Of a stretch of 64,000 nucleotides of DNA, positions 39,537 to 49,148 are shown piece by piece; the stretch's first letter is position 1; every line of letters starts with the position of its first letter. Origin of the DNA: Patescibacteria group bacterium (GTDB lineage: Bacteria > Patescibacteriota > Minisyncoccia > Phycocordibacterales > PALSA-1337); NCBI GenBank assembly GCA_018970245.1, contig JAGWWT010000001.1, positions 17,548-81,547 of the forward strand, in the 5' to 3' direction. The notes beneath the pieces were generated by a model, which made no database searches, was not told the origin of the DNA, and saw only the letters and a program-made list of their open reading frames with translations. A program made the translations under genes and the position numbers.

Positions 39537-40462
39537 CAGTCCACAAACCAGTACTTTTAAATGAAATCATCGGATATTTGACGGATCTGCCTGAACATCC
39601 GTCCGATATCTCGTATCTCGATGGGACTCTAGGCGGAGCAGGGCATGCTCTCGCCGTCGCTGAGGCCTTGAAGGAGAAAGGCGTGCGCCATCTGACGCTG
39701 GCCGGCTTGGACAGAGATCCGGCTGCCATCGCACGCGCCGCCGTCGCCCTGCAGGGGAAGGCTTCCAAGCTGATCCTTGAGAACGAAGATTTTCGGAACC
39801 TGGATAGGGTCCTCGATAAGCACGGCATGAAGGCCGTCGACCTTATCCTCCTAGATCTAGGCATCTCTTCGGATGAGCTAGAGTCTTCCGGCCGCGGCTT
39901 CACCTTCCAGAAGGACGAACCGCTCCTCATGACTCTTGGCGATCCGGCCCGGTACCAATTCACGGCCAAAGACATCGTGAACGGCTGGGAAGAGGAGGTG
40001 CTCGCGAACATCATTTTCGGATATGCAGAAGAAAAGTTCGCCAGGCGCATAGCCAGAGCCATCGTCATCTACCGGTCCAAGAAGAAGATAGAGACGTCGA
40101 TGGAGCTGGCCGAGATCGTCAAGAATGCCGTTCCTCCGTTCTACCGTCGCGGGAAGATCCACCCGGCCACCAAGACCTTCCAGGCCTTGCGCATCGCCGT
40201 CAACGACGAGCTTGAAGCGCTCCGTGAAGGCCTCGCCAAGGGATTCGACAGGCTGGCGCCTGGCGGCCGGATGGCAGTGATCTCCTTCCACAGCCTCGAA
40301 GACAGGATAGTGAAAGGATTCTTCAAAGACAAAGGGAAGCTGGGAGCGGACGTCCTCACCAAGAAGCCGGTCACCGCCGCTCAAGAAGAGATCTCGTCCA
40401 ACCCACGATCCCGCAGCGCGAAATTGCGAGTTATTTCTAAGAACAAAAACCAAAATAAATGA
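39479..40462 (+). CDS. rsmH: 16S rRNA m4C1402 methyltransferase RsmH
   Basis: HKPVLL.E, DGTLGGAGH, DLGISS, TFQALRIAVN, FHSLEDR, NPRSRSAKLR. Confidence 0.97.
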   Translation: MEKGERSKEKGVRSDEKGDSVHKPVLLNEIIGYLTDLPEHPSDISYLDGTLGGAGHALAVAEALKEKGVRHLTLAGLDRDPAAIARAAVALQGKASKLILENEDFRNLDRVLDKHGMKAVDLILLDLGISSDELESSGRGFTFQKDEPLLMTLGDPARYQFTAKDIVNGWEEEVLANIIFGYAEEKFARRIARAIVIYRSKKKIETSMELAEIVKNAVPPFYRRGKIHPATKTFQALRIAVNDELEALREGLAKGFDRLAPGGRMAVISFHSLEDRIVKGFFKDKGKLGADVLTKKPVTAAQEEISSNPRSRSAKLRVISKNKNQNK

Positions 40463-40803
40463 CAAGAACGATGACAGCAGCATACGATCTCGCCAACGAA
40501 CATCGCAGGCAGATAGTCTGCAGCCTTTTGATCGCGAGCTCATGCCTAGCGGCCATTTATGTGCTGAACATCTATTCGGTCGTCTCTAAGACCGTCGCCC
40601 TCCAGAGGACGGAGAAGCAGATCGCATCGCTCTCGCAGGGCGTCGAGGACCTAGATTCGCAGTATCTGGCCCTTTCGAGCAAGATCACGCCGGATTCCCT
40701 GAAGGAATACGGCTTGTCGCAGGTGCAGGTCTCGGAATACATCTCCCGCTCCTCCACGCTCGGCGTAAGCCAGCTGGCCGTCTCTGGCGGACATGAACTC
40801 TGA
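40459..40803 (+). CDS. Probable FtsL-like cell division protein
   Basis: TM plus coiled coil, between rsmH and ftsI. Confidence 0.6.
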   Translation: MTRTMTAAYDLANEHRRQIVCSLLIASSCLAAIYVLNIYSVVSKTVALQRTEKQIASLSQGVEDLDSQYLALSSKITPDSLKEYGLSQVQVSEYISRSSTLGVSQLAVSGGHEL

Positions 40804-42535
40804 TCAACGCCTGCGTTCGCGGCTGATCTTCGGCCTATTCATCATGGGCGCAGCCGTTTTGGCCGTCTCCCTGTATTGGACGCAGATCGTCCAAGGCTCG
40901 CAATATCAGGCCAAGGCCGACCAGCAATACGACAAGCCCAATGCCGCGCAATTCGACCGCGGCACCATATATTTCGAGTCGCGGGACGGCACGAGAGTAG
41001 CGGCGGCGACCGTAGGCAGCGGGTATCTCGTTTTCATCAATCCATCGCAGCTCGCCGACCCGGCCGAAGCGTATTCGGCCCTCTCGCAATTCATATCCGT
41101 CGACCGCGCCTCATTCATGGCCAAAGCCACGAAGCCGAACGATCATTATGAGGTAGTCGCCGACCGGATCGCTACCGACGCCGCCCAATCCATACGCGGG
41201 CTCCAGATCGCCGGCCTGAACGTCGCTCCAGAGACATGGCGCTCATACCCGGGCGGCACGCTGGCAGCTCATGTCCTCGGCCTCACAGGCGAGGATGGCA
41301 GCTCCACGAACGTCATCGGCCGCTACGGCCTCGAGCGGTCTTACGAGGATGTCCTGGGGCGAGCTTCCGCTGGTTCGAGCGCTAACGTCTTCGCCCAGCT
41401 CTTCGGCGGCATCGGCACGGCGCTAGGGGGAGCATCATCGCAGAGCGGCGATATCGTCACGACCATAGACCCTACCGCTCAAAAATACTTGGAGCAGACC
41501 CTCAGCCAGACCGAGTCAGTATGGCATTCTGACGAGATCGGCGGTATAGTGATGGACCCGACCACTGGCGAGATCGTAGCCATGTCGTCGCTGCCGAGCT
41601 TCGACCCGAACGACACCTCATCGATAAAGGACGTATCGGTCTTCTCCGATCCGCTCGTCGAGCACGTATATGAGATGGGATCGATCATGAAGCCGCTCAC
41701 CATGGCTATGGCGCTCGATTCCGGGGCAGAGAAGCCCGACTCCTTATATGACGATACGGGCACGATGGTATTGAACGGCATGAAGATAGCCAACTACGAC
41801 GGCCGCGCGCGCGGGATCATCCCGATGCAGCAGATCCTATCGCAGTCGCTGAACATAGGCGCCGCCACTATAGCCTTGAAGACCGAGAAGGATATCGGCA
41901 CCGGGACCATGTTCAAGTATTTCAGCGATTACGGCCTCGGCGAGAAGTCCGGCATCGATGAGCCGAGCGAGGCCTCCGGCCTCATCTCCAACATCAAGCC
42001 TGGGCCTAACCTGCGCGATATTAACATCGCCACCGCGTCCTTCGGGCAAGGCATCGCCGTCTCGCCCATAGAGATGGTCAGGGCTCTTTCGGTCATAGCT
42101 AATGGCGGTTATCTCGTGACGCCGCATGTCGTGGATGAGATCGACCATACCGACGGTACGGTGCAGAGGATCTTGCCCCAAAAAGAAGGCCCAGTCATCT
42201 CCAAGACCGCCGCTGAAGACGTCACCTTGATGCTCATAAAGGTGGTCGATGACACGATGGCCAAGGTCCATAAGGACATGCATTGGCAGCATTATTCGAT
42301 CGCCGCCAAGACCGGCACGGCCCAGATCCCGGACCATGTCCATGGAGGCTATTATCCGAACCGCTATCTGCACTCCTTCTTCGGTTTTTTCCCGGCATAT
42401 GATCCGCGGTTCATAGTTTTCTTGTACCAGGTCTATCCCAAAGGCGCCGAATACGCCTCGGAGACTCTGACGGATCCCTTTAGCCAGATGGCGAAGTTTC
42501 TGATAAATTACTACAACATAGCTCCGGACAGGTAA
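40793..42535 (+). CDS. ftsI: Peptidoglycan transpeptidase FtsI (PBP3)
   Basis: RG.I, YEMGSIMK, SLNIG, SFGQG, KTGTAQ; dcw context. Confidence 0.92.
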   Translation: MNSDQRLRSRLIFGLFIMGAAVLAVSLYWTQIVQGSQYQAKADQQYDKPNAAQFDRGTIYFESRDGTRVAAATVGSGYLVFINPSQLADPAEAYSALSQFISVDRASFMAKATKPNDHYEVVADRIATDAAQSIRGLQIAGLNVAPETWRSYPGGTLAAHVLGLTGEDGSSTNVIGRYGLERSYEDVLGRASAGSSANVFAQLFGGIGTALGGASSQSGDIVTTIDPTAQKYLEQTLSQTESVWHSDEIGGIVMDPTTGEIVAMSSLPSFDPNDTSSIKDVSVFSDPLVEHVYEMGSIMKPLTMAMALDSGAEKPDSLYDDTGTMVLNGMKIANYDGRARGIIPMQQILSQSLNIGAATIALKTEKDIGTGTMFKYFSDYGLGEKSGIDEPSEASGLISNIKPGPNLRDINIATASFGQGIAVSPIEMVRALSVIANGGYLVTPHVVDEIDHTDGTVQRILPQKEGPVISKTAAEDVTLMLIKVVDDTMAKVHKDMHWQHYSIAAKTGTAQIPDHVHGGYYPNRYLHSFFGFFPAYDPRFIVFLYQVYPKGAEYASETLTDPFSQMAKFLINYYNIAPDR

Positions 42536-42542
42536 TAAAATT

Positions 42543-42991
42543 GCAGAATTAGGAATTAAGAATTAAGATTTATGGATGGGTCTACTAGACGCTCCAAGAA
42601 GCAAGATCAGATCATTCACAGACCTCAAATCCTGGAAGGAAGGCCATGGATTAGTAGTCTTGACCTATAGGATAACGGCAAAATTCCCGCGTTCTGAGCT
42701 TTATTCTCTCACTGATCAGATGCGTAGAGCTGCTTCTTCAGTAACCGCAAATATAGCGGAAGGGTTCGGGAGGCGAAGCTATAAAGAAAAGATCCAATTC
42801 TACTATCATTCACAGGGTTCTTTGACTGAATTGAAGGATCATATTTTGACAGCTAAGGATATCGGATATTTGAATGAGGATGATTTAAGATCCTTGGCAG
42901 AATCGGCCAATATGACTCACAGATTGCTTCAAGGACTCATAACGAAATCCAAGTCCTTCTTAAATCTTAAATCCTGATTCTTAATTCCTGC
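42543..42991 (+). other. Inverted-repeat-bounded cassette carrying a four-helix-bundle gene
   Basis: Arms 42551-42572 and 42968-42989 form a 22-bp stem (one G-U, one mismatch). Confidence 0.75.
42576..42977 (+). CDS. Four-helix-bundle protein (23S rRNA IVP family)
   Basis: F.DL..W, FP..E.Y.L..QMRRAA.S...NIAEG.GR, GS..E. Confidence 0.92.
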   Translation: MGLLDAPRSKIRSFTDLKSWKEGHGLVVLTYRITAKFPRSELYSLTDQMRRAASSVTANIAEGFGRRSYKEKIQFYYHSQGSLTELKDHILTAKDIGYLNEDDLRSLAESANMTHRLLQGLITKSKSFLNLKS

Positions 42992-42998
42992 TCAGCCC

Positions 42999-44303
42999 AT
43001 GCAACCCATCAAGAAAGCCATAATAAGCATCCTCACACTGGAGTCCAGGCTCATACTGCGCAAATACAGGCCATTCATCGTGGCCGTGACCGGCAGCGTA
43101 GGCAAGACTTCGACCAAGGACGCGATCTTCAGCGTCTTCAAGGGCCAAGGCGGCTATGTGCGGAAGAGCGAGAAGAACATGAACAGCGACATCGGCTTGC
43201 CGCTCACGATCATAGGCGTGCCGAATGCTTGGCGCAGCCCTTCGGCTTGGCTGAAGAACATAAGGGCCGGCCTGAGGCTCATCCTGTCCAAGAATGAATA
43301 CCCGGATTGCCTGATCTTGGAGGTGGGTGCGGATCACCCGGGAGACATCAGCAGGACGGTGAGATGGCTCAAGCCGGACATCGCCGTGATCACCAAAGTC
43401 TCGCAGACGCCGGTCCACGTAGAGTTCTTCAAGTCGCCTGAGGACGTCTTCAAGGAGAAAGCATCGCTCGCCGAAGGCGTCAAAGCCGGAGGGACAGTGA
43501 TCCTCTTTGCCGACGACGCGAAGGTCATGTCGATCGCCGATATGGTCAAAGCCAAGCAGTCGAGGATAGCGACCTTCGGGACAGCCGAAGGGTCGACGGT
43601 CAAGGGTTCTGGCTTCGAGACGGCATACGACGAGCAAGGCAGGCCGAAGGGGATCGCCTTCGGCATGCAGATGGGGTCGACGAGCCTGCGCGCATCGGTG
43701 GACGGCATACTGGGGCGCACATTCATGTACCCTCTCCTCACAGCGGCCGCAGCGGCTCAAGCGAGGGGTATCGATGCGGAAAAGATCGCCGAAGGCATCA
43801 ATTCCTATGAGGCGCCCAGGGGCAGGATGAACATCATAGAGGGCGCGAATGGCTCGATGATTATAGACGACACCTACAATTCCTCGCCCGATGCAGCCGA
43901 AGCGGCCCTAGAGACGATCAAATCGCTACGATGCGCCGGCTCGAAGATCGCGGTTCTCGGAGACATGATGGAGCTTGGCAAATTCTCGGCAGAGGAGCAC
44001 AGGAAGATCGGCGCGGTCGCAGCCTCATCGGTCGATCGGCTAGTGACAGTGGGGCCTAGGTCGCGTGCGACGGCGGAAGAAGCGGGGAAGAAAGGCCTCT
44101 CTCAGGCGATGATCGCGTCGTTCGATTCCGCAGACGAGGCCGCAAGCTTTCTCAAGCCGCTCGTAGGCCCTGGCGATACGATCCTGGTCAAAGGATCGCA
44201 ATCAGTGCGCATGGAGCGGGTCGTGAAAGCCCTGATGCGCTCGCCTGAAGACGCTGAGAAGCTGCTTGTCCGGCAGGAGCCGGAATGGCTGAGCAGGGCC
44301 TGA
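42999..44303 (+). CDS. murF: UDP-MurNAc-tripeptide--D-Ala-D-Ala ligase
   Basis: VTGSVGKTSTK, N.N..IGLPLT, IDDTYNSSP, LGDMMELG, VKGS. Confidence 0.92.
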   Translation: MQPIKKAIISILTLESRLILRKYRPFIVAVTGSVGKTSTKDAIFSVFKGQGGYVRKSEKNMNSDIGLPLTIIGVPNAWRSPSAWLKNIRAGLRLILSKNEYPDCLILEVGADHPGDISRTVRWLKPDIAVITKVSQTPVHVEFFKSPEDVFKEKASLAEGVKAGGTVILFADDAKVMSIADMVKAKQSRIATFGTAEGSTVKGSGFETAYDEQGRPKGIAFGMQMGSTSLRASVDGILGRTFMYPLLTAAAAAQARGIDAEKIAEGINSYEAPRGRMNIIEGANGSMIIDDTYNSSPDAAEAALETIKSLRCAGSKIAVLGDMMELGKFSAEEHRKIGAVAASSVDRLVTVGPRSRATAEEAGKKGLSQAMIASFDSADEAASFLKPLVGPGDTILVKGSQSVRMERVVKALMRSPEDAEKLLVRQEPEWLSRA

Positions 44304-44362
44304 GGCGCTTCCTGGAATGATCTCTTCGAATAAAAAAGCGGAGACGGGCTCCGCGGGCCGCC

Positions 44363-44770
44363 TCATCGCCAGAGGTCGGATTCGAACCAGCATGCCAGAG
44401 GATAGTCCTCGATGACCTTTTTCTTGTCGAACCGCCTGGCATATAGGATGCAGCATATGGCGCCGCCGGGCGGGACGAGCGGGGTCGTGATGCAGACCTC
44501 CATCCGTTCGGCCTCGGCTGACCGCATCTCGAATATGGTCTGCAATTTGTCTATGACCGGCCTTACGCTCATAGGGACCTTGAGGCCCCGGAAGTCTTTG
44601 AGATAAAGGCGCCAGTGCACGGTCCCGAATGAACGCCTTATCGAGGCTACCAAGTTCATAGACAAGATGGCGATCTTGTTATTGTGGATGATCCAGAAGA
44701 GCGTGCTTTCGTCGGTGCAATCTGCTTCGATATGCTTGCCGACACGATTTCTGTCTCGGATAACATTCAT
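44363..44770 (-). CDS. Hypothetical protein
   Basis: 135-aa ORF followed by a terminator-like hairpin and T-run on the minus strand. Confidence 0.55.
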   Translation of the reverse strand: MNVIRDRNRVGKHIEADCTDESTLFWIIHNNKIAILSMNLVASIRRSFGTVHWRLYLKDFRGLKVPMSVRPVIDKLQTIFEMRSAEAERMEVCITTPLVPPGGAICCILYARRFDKKKVIEDYPLACWFESDLWR

Positions 44771-44873
44771 AAAAAGCGTTTCTCCGCATGGAAAAGTACC
44801 ACTATCTTAGCGTCAGGTCAACTATTTTTTGAGTTTTTTTGCGGAAAATGCTATGGTTCTTCCACCAGATCGC

Positions 44874-44948
44874 GGCCCTATCGTCTAGCCTGGTCTAGGA
44901 CACAGGATTCTCAATCCTGGAACCCGGGTTCAAATCCCGGTGGGGTCA
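44874..44948 (+). tRNA. tRNA-Glu(CTC)
   Basis: GGCCCTA/TGGGGTC acceptor stem, CAGGA-TTCTCAA-TCCTG anticodon arm, GGTTCAAATCC. Confidence 0.95.
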
Positions 44949-45154
44949 CCCGACCGAAAAAGCATCGAGCTTGTCTCGGTGCGTTTTCGTGTCGTGGGGC
45001 TAGCGGGATTTGAAAGACGGAGCGAGCGGAGGCGAGCGAGTCGGGGTCGCGGGCGAGCCGAGCACGGCGAGACCCGTGACCAAAATGTTGACAATATAGA
45101 AATTTAGTGTAATTTAAAATTAGACACCAGAACCAATAAATAGAAAGGGTAATT

Positions 45155-45772
45155 ATGAACGAACCAACACCGCTGTCGGAAGACAGGGTTAAAACGCTCT
45201 GCAAGATGGGTCGGGGCCCTGATACCTGCAGTTTCCTCATTGCGGGCACAGGCATGTGTTGTGCTAAGGGCTCAGTGTTCGAGCAGGCCATCTTGGAACG
45301 GCGGCCGACAATGAAAGCACAGGGTGACAACTGCTCTGGTCCTCCAGAGTTTAAACCCAATGCGAACCCCATGGACAAGACCGAGAACAATATGTCCAAC
45401 ATGGAGCTCTGGCAGTACATCGCCACACGAGCGGATCTCATCGGAGGCGATATGGAAGCGGTCGAGAGCGGGGACATATATCGTGGGCCTCTGAAGCGCA
45501 TCGTCATTGAAGGCGAAGAAGTCAGCCTGGAAACGGAGTGGTCGGCCAAAAGAGCGGAAGGGAGTGACGAGTGGACGAAATGGAACAACAACCGCATCTT
45601 CACGAATATCCCAATTACCCGCCCGGCAGGCGCTCTGGATGGTCGTGTGAGGTTCGACCTACTCCTTATCGGTTCGGTTACGATCTATCCGAATGGCGAC
45701 GACAATCTTGACCCGAACAAAGTCAAAGGACTCCGGCTCAAGCCGAGGAGGATTAAGACTTCTAAGGTATAA
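45155..45772 (+). CDS. Hypothetical protein (Cys-rich N-domain plus beta-rich C-domain)
   Basis: Strong promoter TTGACA at about 45088; 205-aa ORF. Confidence 0.65.
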   Translation: MNEPTPLSEDRVKTLCKMGRGPDTCSFLIAGTGMCCAKGSVFEQAILERRPTMKAQGDNCSGPPEFKPNANPMDKTENNMSNMELWQYIATRADLIGGDMEAVESGDIYRGPLKRIVIEGEEVSLETEWSAKRAEGSDEWTKWNNNRIFTNIPITRPAGALDGRVRFDLLLIGSVTIYPNGDDNLDPNKVKGLRLKPRRIKTSKV

Positions 45773-46080
45773 CCGAGGACTCAACTTCCAACGCTATCAT
45801 AACGTCCAGCGATCACATCAAAGGATGTTTTTTATTTTACCAAAAGTTGCATTTCAGAAAGGCTGGATTTAATACAATTATGATACTTTACAAGTTCCGA
45901 AAGTCACCAGAATCGATTACAGGTGAACATCGTGAACGTTTTGAATATCTTATCTAAAGCAAATCGGGTATGAATGAAACGTTCATTCAATGATGGGGCT
46001 GTTTTGTTGACAAATTCGGAAAACTCAGATAGCTTCACATACAGTCCAGTACCAATAAAAAATAGAAAACGGAGGCATGA

Positions 46081-47013
46081 ATGAATGATGTCGATATCAA
46101 GCTTCGTAGGCGGCAGGAGCAGGCTTCTGCTACTGCGGCACGCAAAGCTCTTGATGCAAATAATGCTGCCGAGGCCTTGCATCTTATAGATGGAGCCGTG
46201 GAGTTCTGGCCGCAAAATCTGATTATCATCATGAGCGTAATCGGATTTCACAGTCAAAAAAGACCCTTGGTCGAAAAGGCATACCGTCTTTTTGGTATCC
46301 AGCTCGATCTCTGCTCGAATGTATGTTCGCTCGTGCATCTCGCATTATGGGTCAGGAATCCATCGAGGGCGAAATCTATTCCATACCAGCTCAAGGAGGC
46401 GATCGATCGGCGACGCTTTAAGCTGGAACCGGATTGGGACGGCAAATGGGTCAATGCTGGGCTCGGTCCCAATAATCTCAGCTTGGCTTTGATAACGAAT
46501 CGTCCGGATGATGTGCATAATCCGGCAGATTGTCTCACTGCCGCCAGTCAGACAGGCAATTGGTTCCCATGGATAAACCGCTACCGCTTTCTCGGGGGCG
46601 ATTCAGATGACCCGGCCTATTTGAAGCTGATGGTCGCAAAGGCAGTGGCCAGCGGAAGGACACCCAAACGATATTTCAAGAGCATGCTCAAAAAGTTTGC
46701 GCATCTCGGGCGGATCCAAGAGGTCAGGAAATTCCTGATAAGGATAACACCCACCCGGTCGAGCTTAAAAGGCTTCGATCTGAATCCCGATATGGCTATA
46801 TGTGCTCTACGTATCTACAGCGAATGCGAGCGGCTTCAGCATACAGTCGACGACTGGGTGCACATAGCCAACAGCGCGCTGTACCTTGGTGAGCTATCGG
46901 TGGCCAAGACTGCCGCGCGTGTGCTTATCGAACATTCGGGAAACCCTGAAGTTGACAAGGCCTTGGCACGATTAAACCTAGTAATAGGCAGAGGAGAAAA
47001 CATGCTCCGATAG
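46081..47013 (+). CDS. Hypothetical helical protein
   Basis: 310-aa ORF with GGAGG SD upstream. Confidence 0.65.
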   Translation: MNDVDIKLRRRQEQASATAARKALDANNAAEALHLIDGAVEFWPQNLIIIMSVIGFHSQKRPLVEKAYRLFGIQLDLCSNVCSLVHLALWVRNPSRAKSIPYQLKEAIDRRRFKLEPDWDGKWVNAGLGPNNLSLALITNRPDDVHNPADCLTAASQTGNWFPWINRYRFLGGDSDDPAYLKLMVAKAVASGRTPKRYFKSMLKKFAHLGRIQEVRKFLIRITPTRSSLKGFDLNPDMAICALRIYSECERLQHTVDDWVHIANSALYLGELSVAKTAARVLIEHSGNPEVDKALARLNLVIGRGENMLR

Positions 47014-47108
47014 AGTCTGTCAAGTTGTAATCTGCGGGAGCCCGCCTTTATGGTCGGACTCCTGATTTTTAATACGGAACCTTTAAATTTTTTAGCCAAG
47101 ATAGTTCA

Positions 47109-47444
47109 GTGCAATTGTGCTATCATTCGAGCGTGAGGCGCTCAATGGTTCGGATCATAATGTATAATGTGCTCGTGAGTTTTCTCGCTAAAAAAGTATC
47201 AGAACGGCTGTTGAATTTTGTGAAAGGATTATCTATTGCGGTATTCGCTTTTCCGTCGGCCTTTTTCGTTTTCATTGTTGTGCTCTTTATATCTGGAGGC
47301 ACGATATTTCCGCCTGATGTTCCGAGCTCAGTTCCGATCTCAAATACTCCATATACAGTGGCTGGTGCAATTGCCTTTTTTACGTTCAGTCTACAATTTG
47401 TACACGGTATCTTCGTGATGTTCAGGAAAAGTGTGAAGGACTAG
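47109..47444 (+). CDS. Hypothetical membrane protein (start uncertain)
   Basis: AT-rich ORF with two TM segments. Confidence 0.45.
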   Translation: MQLCYHSSVRRSMVRIIMYNVLVSFLAKKVSERLLNFVKGLSIAVFAFPSAFFVFIVVLFISGGTIFPPDVPSSVPISNTPYTVAGAIAFFTFSLQFVHGIFVMFRKSVKD

Positions 47445-47461
47445 TATAACTACCCACGTCT

Positions 47462-48079
47462 ATGCCAAAGAAACAGCACAAAGCAGTAGCATTCGATTTC
47501 GGGGGAGTCATCCGCCTGAATGATCAAGGCGATGTATTAGCCAAGGTCGCTCATCTTCTAGGTGTGAGCGACGATGCCTTTAGAGAAGCCTATTATCAGC
47601 ACAATCATCTTTCCAATGTCCAAAACGCTCCATGGGAGGATATCGTCGCCGGAGTGGCACGGCTTTTCGACAGTCGGCCGCAAACCGAAAAAGAGGTCAG
47701 GAAGATCATCGAAGAGTTCAGAAATGGAGATTATTTGAACCGAGAGTTGCTCGATCTGCTTCCGCGGCTGCGTGCGAAAGGGCTTAAGACTGCGATTTTC
47801 AGCAATGCGCAATCTGAGCTGAGGAAGTATCTGGTGTCTGAAGGGATAGACAAGATGGTCGATGAGGTCGTCATCTCAGGAGAGATAGGGCATCAAAAGC
47901 CGCATAAGGAAGCATTCCAAGTGCTTTTCGAAAGGCTGAAGGTCTTGCCCGAAGAAGTGGCATTCATAGATGATTCCAAGAAGAGCCTGGAAAAAGCGTC
48001 TGAAATAGGTTACACGCCTATCCTATTCAAGGATAACCAGCAGCTTAAAAGCGAGCTCGCCAGTCTCGGATTGATGTGA
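47462..48079 (+). CDS. HAD-superfamily phosphatase (YihX-like)
   Basis: FDFGGV, FSN, S.E.G..KP, FIDD. Confidence 0.92.
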   Translation: MPKKQHKAVAFDFGGVIRLNDQGDVLAKVAHLLGVSDDAFREAYYQHNHLSNVQNAPWEDIVAGVARLFDSRPQTEKEVRKIIEEFRNGDYLNRELLDLLPRLRAKGLKTAIFSNAQSELRKYLVSEGIDKMVDEVVISGEIGHQKPHKEAFQVLFERLKVLPEEVAFIDDSKKSLEKASEIGYTPILFKDNQQLKSELASLGLM

Positions 48080-48128
48080 GCTAGCATCTGTCTATTGCCT
48101 TTTCCGTGATGGCTCCTATAATGCCGAT

Positions 48129-49127
48129 ATGAACAGAAATGAGGCAAAAAACCGCTGTAATGGCCCGCAAACAAAGACGTCTTACGGATTTATGAGAGCC
48201 CGCACCGCATCAGTCCTAGGGAGCGTGATCCTGGGGGCGGCTTTATTCGCTTTTCTGCCGGCTGGCAGAGCCGATGCCCAGATCTTCCCGTTCCCATTCG
48301 GAGGAGGTTCGCACTCCAGCCCTCTCGGCTTCTTGCCAAATCCAGGCCGCCTGCCGAATCCTCTCAGCATATTGCCGAATCCATTCGGATCGCCGATAGG
48401 CCACGATTACGGCTACGGCAACAACCACGGCTATAACAACAATTACAACTACAATTATAACTACAACTATAATTCCAACCGCGGACCTTATCCGCCTCCG
48501 GCATATCACCCGCCAGAGCCGCGCCCAAATCCGCAACCATATCCGTATCCGATCCCACACCCCCAGCCGAATCCTCGCCCATATCCATATCCGTCGCCGT
48601 ATCCTTCGCCGGTGCCATATCCGGTGCCATATCCTGTCCCGCAGCCGGTCTACTACCCACAACCTCAACCTGTGGTCCAGCCGATCTATTATCCTCAGCC
48701 TCAGCCTGTGGTCCAGCCCATAGTCTATCAACAGCCGGTCTATGTGCCCCCGCCGCAGCCAGTCTACGTACAACAGCCGCAGCCGATCGTCATAAGCCAG
48801 CCGCAACCCGTCTACGTCCAGCAGCAGCCGGTCATCGTGAGCCAGCCGTATCAGTCATACCCCCAGTCGCTCTCCATATCCTGCTATCCGGATTCGACGA
48901 CCGTTTACAACAACCGATTCGTGACATGGACAGCCGATGTCACCGGCGGCGTCACGCCCTACGCTTATTCTTGGAGCGGGACAGAGTACACCGGCAATAT
49001 GAGCTCGAGCCAGATATACCAGTACTACCAGTATCTCGGATACAAGACTATGAATGTGACCGTCCGCTCTGCCGACGGCCAGACGGCATTCGCCAGCTGC
49101 GGCTCGGTGAACGTGATAGATCCATAG
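48129..49127 (+). CDS. Secreted Pro/Tyr/Gln-rich protein with a C-terminal PKD/Ig-like domain
   Basis: Signal peptide; NY, PYP and PQP repeats; VTW.A...GG..PY.YSWSG. Confidence 0.75.
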   Translation: MNRNEAKNRCNGPQTKTSYGFMRARTASVLGSVILGAALFAFLPAGRADAQIFPFPFGGGSHSSPLGFLPNPGRLPNPLSILPNPFGSPIGHDYGYGNNHGYNNNYNYNYNYNYNSNRGPYPPPAYHPPEPRPNPQPYPYPIPHPQPNPRPYPYPSPYPSPVPYPVPYPVPQPVYYPQPQPVVQPIYYPQPQPVVQPIVYQQPVYVPPPQPVYVQQPQPIVISQPQPVYVQQQPVIVSQPYQSYPQSLSISCYPDSTTVYNNRFVTWTADVTGGVTPYAYSWSGTEYTGNMSSSQIYQYYQYLGYKTMNVTVRSADGQTAFASCGSVNVIDP

Positions 49128-49148
49128 TCCCGTGCTATCATCTTCCGC

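Noticed and set aside
44368-44396. tRNA-like GGTTCGAATCC fragment on the minus strand
   Set aside because: The T-stem pairs poorly, no other arms are present, and it lies in the 3' end of ORF 44363-44770, so it is probably chance.
45971-45989. Palindrome TGAATGAA-ACG-TTCATTCA as a second SOS box
   Set aside because: It does not match the GAAC-N4-GTTC spacing and is a single instance in AT-rich DNA.
48420-48860. NY, PYP and PQP repeats as a DNA-level repeat element
   Set aside because: Codons vary synonymously, so this is protein low-complexity sequence in a secreted protein.
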